Source: Candidatus Terraquivivens ruidianensis | GTDB lineage: Archaea > Thermoproteota > Nitrososphaeria_A > Caldarchaeales > Wolframiiraptoraceae | DNA length: 64,000 nucleotides | Direction: 5' to 3' | Assembly (NCBI GenBank): GCA_023267885.1 | Contig: JALNLB010000001.1 | Span: forward strand, 6,083-70,082 | Shown: piece after piece, positions 48,699 to 55,606 of the stretch | How the letters are laid out: each line of letters begins with the position of its first letter | Numbering within the stretch: position 1 is the first letter of the stretch | The notes under the pieces: model-generated | Databases searched by the model: none | Told to the model about the DNA's origin: nothing | The model's input: the letters and a program-made list of their open reading frames with translations, nothing else | Position numbers and translations under genes: made by a program

Positions 48699-48959
48699 TC
48701 ACTCACTGATCACGAGCATCGTGAGCGTGCTCCTAACTTTATCCAGTCTTCTTATCTTCCATGAAACTATCTCCTTAAGCTTGTCCATGCTATCTGCCTC
48801 GACCTTTACTATCACGTCATAAACACCGTAGACGATGAATGCTTCCTTAACGGCGTCTATCTTTCTTAGCTCGTTAACTACCTCTTCCTCAGAACCTCTC
48901 GAGCCCCTTTATTGTGCAAGGGGTATCTCGGTGTTCACTAAGACAAATGCCTTTGGCAT
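48699..48959 (-). CDS. Stand-alone RAM-domain (Lrp/AsnC ligand-binding domain) protein, interrupted by a 27-nt BHB-flanked insert containing an in-frame TAA
   Basis: Hand translation gives MPKAFVLVNTEI[PLAQ*RGSR]GSEEEVVNELRKIDAVKEAFIVYGVYDVIVKVEADSMDKLKEIVSWKIRRLDKVRSTLTMLVISE. Without the bracketed 9 codons it is a canonical 77-aa RAM protein. Confidence 0.65.
48898..48924 (-). other. Candidate bulge-helix-bulge (BHB) intron inside a protein-coding gene (27 nt)
   Basis: mRNA sense: GAAC-A-C|CGAG|AUA|CCCCUU-GCACAAUA-AAGGGG|CUCG|AGA|G-GUUC. The central helix is 4 bp (CGAG/CUCG), flanked by two 3-nt bulges. The inner helix is 6 bp with an 8-nt loop, and there is an outer helix. The canonical cleavage positions excise exactly 27 nt. 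Confidence 0.6.
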
Positions 48960-49004
48960 ATTGATTCACAGCATGATTTTTAACGTTGACGTTTATAAAC
49001 ATTT

Positions 49005-49742
49005 TCAAAGAGAGCCGCATGAAGAACATTCAGGATTTCTTTCAATTTTTATCTCATAGAATACCATCTTAAGGGCATCGTATACAATCATTCTTTCCAC
49101 GCAAAGTTCTCCTATGCCAAGTACGATTTTAATTACCTCTGTGGCTTGTAACGTTGAGATAGTTCCTGGAATCGTGCCAAGAATTGGTAACCTTTCCTCT
49201 TCCGGCGGCGGTGCAGGCACGATGCATCTGTAACAGGGCCCTTTGCCTGGTAGAATCGTTATTAGTCTGCCCTCGTATGCATACACGGAGGCATGAACGA
49301 AGGGTATCCTATGCATAATGCATGCGTCATTTAGTGCATATCTGGTCCTGTAGTTATCCTGACCGTCTACCACGACGTCGCATCCCTTTACTATATCGGG
49401 CGCATTCTCTTCGTTTATCTCAACCGTCAAAGCCTCTACCGATATCTCGGGATTTAGGGAGCTTAACTTCTCGGCCGCAACCTTTGCCTTTGGCTTTCCT
49501 AGGTCATATGTGGTGTAAAGAATTTGACGATTCAAGTTGCTGAGTTCGATCGTTTCTTTATCAACCAACATAAGCCTGCCCACACCCGCTGCTGCAAGGT
49601 AGAGAGCCGATGACGTACCAAGACCTCCTACTCCTGCAACAAGTACCTTTGCAGCCTTCAGCTTCCTTTGACCTTCTATGCCGAAGTTTGGCAGCTTAAT
49701 CTGCCTGTCGTATCTTTCCAGCTCTCTTTCACTAAGCATCAT
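49005..49742 (-). CDS. ThiF/MoeB/HesA-family E1-like adenylyltransferase
   Basis: 245 aa with RYDRQIKLPNFGIEGQRKLKAAKVLVAGVGGLG and two CxxC pairs (CYRC, CSSC). Confidence 0.8.
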   Translation of the reverse strand: MMLSERELERYDRQIKLPNFGIEGQRKLKAAKVLVAGVGGLGTSSALYLAAAGVGRLMLVDKETIELSNLNRQILYTTYDLGKPKAKVAAEKLSSLNPEISVEALTVEINEENAPDIVKGCDVVVDGQDNYRTRYALNDACIMHRIPFVHASVYAYEGRLITILPGKGPCYRCIVPAPPPEEERLPILGTIPGTISTLQATEVIKIVLGIGELCVERMIVYDALKMVFYEIKIERNPECSSCGSL

Positions 49743-49756
49743 GTCAAGCCCTTACG

Positions 49757-50218
49757 ATGGTTTTAAATATATTTTGTTTGCATGAACATATGTTAGGTGT
49801 AAAACCAACTTTGTTAGAATTAAAGCGCAAGCGCGTGAATTTTCTTAAAAGGCAGAGAGTTGGAAGGCTCGGGACGGTATCCGAAGATGGTACAGTTCAC
49901 TTAGTTCCGATATGCTATGCCTTTGATGGTAGGGCAATATACATAGGAACGGAGGCTAACTCTAAAAAGGTTAAGAATCTGAAGAAGAACCCATCAGCTA
50001 CGTTACTCATCGATGTATACTATGAAAATTGGAACCGATTAAAAAGCCTCATGATTCAAGGTACCGCCGAACTTTGTGAGGGCGGTGAAGAGTTTGCATA
50101 CGCAAGGCGTCTGCTTTATAGAAAGTACAAACAGTACGAAAGGATGGCCCCTATAGAGGAGGGCGAATCTATCATAATAAAAATCATACCTAAGAGGGCC
50201 ATAGCATCAAACGTATAA
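49757..50218 (+). CDS. Pyridoxamine 5'-phosphate oxidase-fold (PPOX / F420-dependent class) protein
   Basis: RVGRLGTVSEDGTVHLVPICYAFDGRAIYI is typical of the split-barrel family. The probable start is M12 (49790). Confidence 0.6.
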   Translation: MVLNIFCLHEHMLGVKPTLLELKRKRVNFLKRQRVGRLGTVSEDGTVHLVPICYAFDGRAIYIGTEANSKKVKNLKKNPSATLLIDVYYENWNRLKSLMIQGTAELCEGGEEFAYARRLLYRKYKQYERMAPIEEGESIIIKIIPKRAIASNV

Positions 50219-50254
50219 TAACCGATGGGCTCTAAGCGTTGGATGAAAGATATG

Positions 50255-50277
50255 AGCCATGGGCGGAATTCGCACCC
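50255..50277 (-). repeat. tRNA 3'-end-like fragment (T-arm + acceptor 3' strand), degenerate copy of the tRNA-Thr 3' end
   Basis: AGCCATGGGCGGAATTCGCACCC compared with tRNA-Thr AGCCCCGGGCGGGATTCGAACCC gives about 19/23 identical positions (hand count), in the same orientation, about 2.2 kb from the tRNA gene. Confidence 0.35.
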
Positions 50278-50578
50278 ATAATGATTCTTATTTAAGGCTT
50301 ACAATTCTGTCAGCATGCAGGAAAAATTTTTCTTTTATTTGCTGACAGAATTCGATGGCCGCACCCCATCTACCGATGACTAAGCCGATTAGTTAAGCTT
50401 GCAGGTCACCCATGGGTAGATGGGCCCCTCGACCCCTTGAACACGCTCTCGCCTACTATATTAAAGGCGTGAATTTCTGAGGATATGTCTTTAGGAACGG
50501 AGCCGGCGGTTCTTGAGACTGTACCATGTGTCGCTAAGCTGAATTTTCGTAGACTCAAAGTCCACATTTTTCCAACAC

Positions 50579-50608
50579 TATTTAAATATTTTGTAAAATA
50601 TTTAAATA
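50579..50608. promoter_or_regulatory. Perfect AT-rich inverted repeat (14+2+14 bp) overlapping the promoter of the wHTH gene
   Basis: TATTTAAATATTTT-GT-AAAATATTTAAATA ends 15 nt before the ATG at 50623. Confidence 0.4.
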
Positions 50609-50622
50609 ATATTTGATCATAA

Positions 50623-52290
50623 ATGACGTTGATGTCTACTAAAATTGGGCTCAGGGGGAAGGTCGTCGACACGCTGATTCTGGTATCTAGGGGCATGAGC
50701 TCTCCGCTTGAGGTCTCGAAGGAGCTCGGGGTGCCAGTAACAGAGGCGAAGATGCTCTTGGAGGAGGTTAGGGGGCTCGGCCTAGCCCATCTTGATGAAC
50801 ATGGGAGACATCGCATGGACGCGATCACCTCTTCCGCGATCGCGACCTTGGCAGAAAAATACCCGCTTGGAAAAATCCTCTCCGGGATAAGCCCGGTGGT
50901 ACTGGATGCCATGATAGAACCTGCGACAGTAGCGGATATCGCGAAAAGGCTTGGGGTTGAGAGGGAAACGGTCTACAGGGTCATCAGGAGATTTCCCCAA
51001 GTAATCCGGAGAAGCGAGCGCGGATACCAGCTCATAGGCGACCCAGTTTTAAGATACGTTATAATCCAGTTTGCGAAGATCGTGAGGAAGGCCAGCTTGA
51101 AATTCGAGGAGGTCGTGCGGCTGAACACACACTCGCTGGTCAGGACAGTTAAGCCGCTTAGTGCGGAAGAGGGAGAGCCGACGGCCTTCACGGCGTTTGG
51201 GGTATACGGCATAGGACTATCTGGTGGAAAAGAATACTACTATGTGGTTCCTCCGCGGAAGCTCTCACCGGAGGAGGTTTTGTTGCATGCCCTGAAGGTT
51301 TCCAAGAACGCGGACGATAGGACTAAAGCCGTGCTACTATACGCTAAGCTTCTGCTCGAAGGCAGTATAGATGAAGGTAAGCTGATAGCTCTCGCAAACA
51401 AGCTTGACCCATCCAGTGAGCTGAGGAAAACAGTCTACGATATGGATCGATATGTCAGGGGACTGTCTTTGGATAAGCCCGAACTCTTCATGCCAAGGAG
51501 AGAGCTGCTTGGATATGCTGAAACTTACGGTATTAATATTAGGCAGCTTGAGCCTGCACCCATTTCAGAGGATTTCTTCACGAGACTTGGAAGAGCGTTG
51601 GATAATCGGGTCAAGGCATACCTGTTTGGAGGAGCCGCCATGATGCTTCGAGGCTACAAGGCTGCGACGGTGGACATAGATCTAGCTGTGAGGAGTCGCG
51701 GAGATCTGGCCTACTTGGATAAAGCATTGAGGTTGATGGGCTATAAGCTGGTGGGAGACCCGAATGAAGGTTCCTTGGAAGGGGGTGTTCCAAGGGTTTA
51801 CTCGGACGGAGAGTATCCCAGAGTCGAGGTGTTTCTCGATAAGATATTCGGCAAGGTCACGGTTACAGAGTCTATGCTAAGGGTTGGAGAGATGAGGGAA
51901 TACGGGAATCTCATTCTCGTAGTAGCCTCAGACGAGGACTCCGTATTATTGAAGCTGTTAACCGGAAGACTCCGAGATCTGATGGATGCGGAACTTATAA
52001 TACGTGGAAGGGGGAGGCCGCTCAACTGGGACAGGATAGTGGAGGAAATAATCGAGCAATATGGAATCATGCGATCCTATATTGGAATAACCTTTTTCGA
52101 TGGAATACGAGACCTAATCGAGGTCAAGGGGATATTCATTCCGCGTAACGTAGTGAAGAAGTTCAGGGCACTAGCGGAGAAACAGGTAGTAGAGTATGCT
52201 GCCAAGGAAATGGAATTGAAAGACTTAGAGAAGATCTCGGAGGCCACGGGCATTCCGAAGAACAAAGTGAAGAAGCTTCTAAGCTCCTAG
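50623..52290 (+). CDS. Multi-winged-helix protein fused to a minimal nucleotidyltransferase (pol-beta-like) domain
   Basis: 555 aa. It has several HTH-like segments (SPLEVSKELGVPVTEAKMLL; TVADIAKRLGVERETVYRVIRRF). The C-terminal part has YLFGGAAMMLRGYKAATVDIDLAV, which fits the G[GS]-x(n)-DxD NTase motif. Confidence 0.5.
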   Translation: MTLMSTKIGLRGKVVDTLILVSRGMSSPLEVSKELGVPVTEAKMLLEEVRGLGLAHLDEHGRHRMDAITSSAIATLAEKYPLGKILSGISPVVLDAMIEPATVADIAKRLGVERETVYRVIRRFPQVIRRSERGYQLIGDPVLRYVIIQFAKIVRKASLKFEEVVRLNTHSLVRTVKPLSAEEGEPTAFTAFGVYGIGLSGGKEYYYVVPPRKLSPEEVLLHALKVSKNADDRTKAVLLYAKLLLEGSIDEGKLIALANKLDPSSELRKTVYDMDRYVRGLSLDKPELFMPRRELLGYAETYGINIRQLEPAPISEDFFTRLGRALDNRVKAYLFGGAAMMLRGYKAATVDIDLAVRSRGDLAYLDKALRLMGYKLVGDPNEGSLEGGVPRVYSDGEYPRVEVFLDKIFGKVTVTESMLRVGEMREYGNLILVVASDEDSVLLKLLTGRLRDLMDAELIIRGRGRPLNWDRIVEEIIEQYGIMRSYIGITFFDGIRDLIEVKGIFIPRNVVKKFRALAEKQVVEYAAKEMELKDLEKISEATGIPKNKVKKLLSS

Positions 52291-52454
52291 AAGATGGGTT
52301 GGACCTGTATCTTAGTGACGATTAAACATGCTTGAAAACTCTTACTATGTTTGGGTGAGGTCGGATTGAGCCAATTTATGATAACAAAAACAAGAATTCT
52401 AAGTATATTATGAGACATACGACCCGAATTAGGGATTTTGAGGTTTTTGGATAA

Positions 52455-52529
52455 AGCCCCGGGCGGGATTCGAACCCGCGACATGCCGCTTACGAGGCGG
52501 CCGCTCCGACCGGGCTGAGCTACCGGGGC
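52455..52529 (-). tRNA. tRNA-Thr (anticodon CGU), intron-less, CCA not encoded
   Basis: Hand fold: GCCCCGG-UA-GCUC-AGCCCGGUCG-GAGC-G-GCCGC-CUCGUAA-GCGGC-AUGUC-GCGGG-UUCGAAU-CCCGC-CCGGGGC-U. A TATA-like TTAATAAATTT lies at about -23 to -33. Confidence 0.9.
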
Positions 52530-52627
52530 CCGTTTAACGCACTTAATATGGAAATTTATTAATTTAGCAGTATTCTCACTATATTGTTCGAATGGGCGGA
52601 TATTCTTAAACTTAAGCCTGAGCGGTC

Positions 52628-53377
52628 GTGATGGGGTTGACAGAACGAAATGTCGCGGTGGTCATACCAACATATAACGAGGCGGGGAACATAGGCACCG
52701 TCTTAGAATTAACTTTCACAACTTTCTCAAGCGGTAACATAAACGGCTGGGTTATCGTAGTTGACGATAACAGTCCAGACGGTACGGCAGATGTGGTTGA
52801 ATCTATTAAAGATAAGTACGGCAAAATCGTAGTTATAAGGAGACCACGAAAGTTAGGGCTTGGCTCCGCTTACAAGGACGGTTTTGCCTTAGCGCTGGAA
52901 AAGCTGGACGTTGAATATTTGGCGGAGATGGATGCAGATGGTTCGCATCCACCTGAAAAGATTCCCCTCATGCTCGACTTTCTAATGAAAAGCGGTGCTG
53001 ATTGTGTCGTGGCATCGAGGTACGTGGAAGGCGGAAGTTGGGGGCGGGGGTCTTCCAGCAGAACTTTGGTAAGCAAGGGCGCTAACTTGCTGGCGAGGTT
53101 GGCGACGGGTATTAAGCTGAAGGATATGACGTCTGGTTATAGGCTGTACAAAGCTGAGGCACTAAGGCATCTTAAACTTGATGGTCTAGACTCTGGCTAT
53201 GTTTTTCAAGTCCAGATAATTTACGAGTTGGCAAAGAACGGGTTCAGGGTTGTAGAGTATCCGTTTGTCTTCATGCCAAGGCTTGGAGGAAAGTCTAAGC
53301 TTGGCAAGACCGAGTTCTGGAGATTCTTTAAGTGGTGCATTAAAACCATGCTGGCCAGATTGTTTAAGACTAGGTGA
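52628..53377 (+). CDS. Dolichyl/polyprenyl-phosphate mannose (hexose) synthase, GT2 (Dpm1-like)
   Basis: 249 aa with VAVVIPTYNEAGNI..VIVVDDNSPDGTADV..RPRKLGLGSAYKDGF..MDADGSHPP. Confidence 0.8.
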   Translation: MMGLTERNVAVVIPTYNEAGNIGTVLELTFTTFSSGNINGWVIVVDDNSPDGTADVVESIKDKYGKIVVIRRPRKLGLGSAYKDGFALALEKLDVEYLAEMDADGSHPPEKIPLMLDFLMKSGADCVVASRYVEGGSWGRGSSSRTLVSKGANLLARLATGIKLKDMTSGYRLYKAEALRHLKLDGLDSGYVFQVQIIYELAKNGFRVVEYPFVFMPRLGGKSKLGKTEFWRFFKWCIKTMLARLFKTR

Positions 53378-53441
53378 ATTGGTTTTTAATGGAAATCAAC
53401 GTTATAACTCGGTAAATAAGATTCTTGATGGTTGACCTGAC

Positions 53442-54410
53442 TTGTTCAGGAAGCTTCAGGATATTGGTGAGAAAGGTCTTGTTGAACGGATACTCTCGAG
53501 GATAACCTTGGGTCCACAGCACATGCTTCCAAAAGGTGATGATGCTGTAGCGATTGGGTTTACGGGAAAGCTTGTCGTATCCACTGATATGCTGGTAGAA
53601 TCAACGGATGTTCCGCCCGGTATGGATATGGAGAGTGTTGGCTGGAAGGCCCTGACGATGGTGGTGAGCGACCTTGCAGCTAAGGGTGCGACACCCGTGA
53701 TGTACCTAATTTCGCTTGGCCTTCCTAGAGACATGCGTCTCGAGGATTTTGAGGCATTGTGGAGTGGTTTAGAGAACGCTGCACATTATTACGGTGGCGC
53801 AATAACTGGTGGCGATACCAACGAAGCTCAGGAGATAATCGTATCCTGCACCGGCATAGGTTCGGCAGAAAGGGTCGTGTCGAGAAGCGACGCATGTGTC
53901 GGAGATATCTTGGTGACGACTGGGCTCTTTGGCCGCTCCGCAGCTGGCCTTTATGCTCTACTGAAAGGTGTTGAAGATGTAGATGAATCGTTGAAACGCG
54001 CAACTCTGAGACCGATGGCTAGAATTAGAGAGGGCGTGGTTTTAGCAAAATATGCAACATCATGCATAGATTCCAGTGACGGATTAGCCATATCTCTTTA
54101 CGAATTGGCCAAGCAAAGCCGTGTGGGCTTTGAAGTGACCGCACCTCCAGTCGATGAAGCGGCCAGAAAGTTTGCTGAGAGGCATGGGTTGGATACCTTC
54201 GAGTTAGTATTTTATGGCGGCGAAGAGTATGAGCTGGTGTTTACTGTCAGCCGTGATGACCTTGAAGTAGTCAAGAAAGCGCTGACCTCTGTCAATGGAA
54301 GGTTGATAAAGATTGGCAGGGTGGTTCATGAGTCAGAGGGCATAACTGCCATCTGGGAAGGAAAACGCATACCGATTGAGTATAAAGGATGGGACCATTT
54401 TAAGAGATAA
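53442..54410 (+). CDS. thiL: Thiamine-monophosphate kinase
   Basis: 322 aa of the AIR-synthase-related fold, with GEKGLVERIL..GDDAVAI..VVSTDMLVESTD..GGDTN. Confidence 0.8.
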   Translation: MFRKLQDIGEKGLVERILSRITLGPQHMLPKGDDAVAIGFTGKLVVSTDMLVESTDVPPGMDMESVGWKALTMVVSDLAAKGATPVMYLISLGLPRDMRLEDFEALWSGLENAAHYYGGAITGGDTNEAQEIIVSCTGIGSAERVVSRSDACVGDILVTTGLFGRSAAGLYALLKGVEDVDESLKRATLRPMARIREGVVLAKYATSCIDSSDGLAISLYELAKQSRVGFEVTAPPVDEAARKFAERHGLDTFELVFYGGEEYELVFTVSRDDLEVVKKALTSVNGRLIKIGRVVHESEGITAIWEGKRIPIEYKGWDHFKR

Positions 54411-54939
54411 GTCTCGTCAGTAGCAGTATACCCGCAACGGTCTTGGCATCCTCTATTTCACCATCCACAATCATATCTATGACGTCGTCCATCTTTAGAA
54501 TTGCAACCTTTATTTTTTCATCAGGCTCTAGCTTCTGGCCTACCCTTTTTAGGTCGGAGGCCATGTAAAGATGGACCTTCTCCGTACTGTAACCAGGCGC
54601 TAGATAGAGCGTCATCAATTTCTCCATCCTGCCCGCGACAAAACCCGTCTCCTCCTCAAGCTCTCTGTATGCGCATTTTTCAGGGTCCTCTCCAGCCTCT
54701 ATCGTTCCGGCAGGTAATTCCAAAAGAGTCTTTCCAACTGCGTGTCTATATTGCCTAACCAAAACGACCGACCCCCTATCGAGCAACGGGATTATGACGA
54801 CTGCGCCTGGATGCTCAACTATCTCCCTGATGGTCGATTTGCCCCACGATGTTGATACCTTGTCAACCCTTACATTAAATAACCTGCCCTTGTAGATGAG
54901 TTTGCTCTCTACGGCCTTCTCGTAAGCTTCGTCGCTCAT
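54400..54939 (-). CDS. NUDIX hydrolase (ADP-ribose pyrophosphatase-like)
   Basis: 179 aa with the Nudix box GTIEAGEDPEKCAYRELEEETGF. Confidence 0.8.
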   Translation of the reverse strand: MSDEAYEKAVESKLIYKGRLFNVRVDKVSTSWGKSTIREIVEHPGAVVIIPLLDRGSVVLVRQYRHAVGKTLLELPAGTIEAGEDPEKCAYRELEEETGFVAGRMEKLMTLYLAPGYSTEKVHLYMASDLKRVGQKLEPDEKIKVAILKMDDVIDMIVDGEIEDAKTVAGILLLTRLIS

Positions 54940-55328
54940 GTGCCCTCACGCAACATCATGACCTTCACGGGCATTCCACTCTTCACCTTCTTAAGAACAT
55001 CAAACCCTTCAACGACTTTACCTATAGGGTTGCAGGGACTATATGCACGTGGCTCACCCGACCGGCTGACGGGCGTAGGGCCAAAGAATATCGCTATGGC
55101 CCTTCCTGGTGGCCAGTAAGCTAGCTCACCGACTTCCATGATGGTTTTTGTATTTTCTTCGCCGACTGACACGGGTGTCTCAAAGTACACCTCGTCTCCC
55201 CACCTCATCGCCTTAGATTCTATGGGCAGCCTTTTCAAGATAGCGGTAACCGTTTTGGGATTTAGCGACCCAACAAACTCAGCCTTAACACTACCGAGTC
55301 CCTTAAACTCAAGCAAGACTAGAACCAT
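54936..55328 (-). CDS. Cyclophilin-like fold protein (TM1367-like family)
   Basis: The pattern ..LNPKTVTAILKRLPIESKAMRWGDEVYFETPV..GELAYWPPGRAIAIFFGPTP fits the family. The start is placed at M18 of the track ORF. Confidence 0.5.
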   Translation of the reverse strand: MVLVLLEFKGLGSVKAEFVGSLNPKTVTAILKRLPIESKAMRWGDEVYFETPVSVGEENTKTIMEVGELAYWPPGRAIAIFFGPTPVSRSGEPRAYSPCNPIGKVVEGFDVLKKVKSGMPVKVMMLREGT

Positions 55329-55421
55329 ACGTGCCCATTGCAAAATCAAGAGGGGGCGATATATACATCTTGGACCCAAAGGCTAATCTCGGATAATCCG
55401 TATTCACATATTTCGGATAAG

Positions 55422-55429
55422 TTTATAAT
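55422..55429 (+). promoter_or_regulatory. TATA box for tRNA-Lys
   Basis: TTTATAAT is centred about 29 nt upstream of the tRNA 5' end. Confidence 0.5.
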
Positions 55430-55454
55430 TGAGGTATTTAGAGCATCAGAATCG

Positions 55455-55563
55455 GGGCCCGTAGCTCAGCCAGGTAGGGGTTTCGCCTAAAGCGGTGGGC
55501 TCTTAAGTATGATTAAACGGAGTAACCCATAGGTCGTGGGTCCGAATCCCACCGGGCCCGCCA
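55455..55563 (+). tRNA. tRNA-Lys (anticodon CUU) with two introns (13 nt at position 22/23, 19 nt at 37/38); CCA encoded
   Basis: After removing 55478-55490 and 55506-55524 the sequence folds as GGGCCCG-UA-GCUC-AGCCAGGUA-GAGC-G-GUGGG-CUCUUAA-CCCAU-AGGUC-GUGGG-UCCGAAU-CCCAC-CGGGCCC-G-CCA. Confidence 0.85.
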
Positions 55564-55606
55564 ACTAATCTTTCCAAGGTTGAGATAACGTTAAAAGGGA
55601 TAAGGA

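Noticed and set aside
48699-48959. A simple nonsense-mutated pseudogene, or stop-codon read-through, as the explanation for the interrupted RAM-domain gene.
   Set aside because: This is not fully excluded, but it is disfavoured for four reasons:
- The lesion is a discrete 27-nt insert (a multiple of 3).
- Its boundaries coincide with canonical BHB cleavage sites.
- The remainder of the gene is intact.
- Its removal restores the family-consensus junction.
48835-49059. The 74-aa plus-strand track ORF.
   Set aside because: It is antisense to the RAM-domain gene and the 3' end of the ThiF-like gene. Its Ser/Leu/Thr-rich low-complexity product fits a shadow ORF.
50406-50912. The 168-aa minus-strand track ORF.
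   Set aside because: It overlaps, in antisense, the 5' part of the much longer and motif-bearing 50623-52290 gene and runs across its promoter palindrome. It has no recognisable domain.
52287-52484. The 65-aa minus-strand ORF.
   Set aside because: Its 5' end is made of the tRNA-Thr gene sequence. It is an artefact of an open frame through a tRNA.
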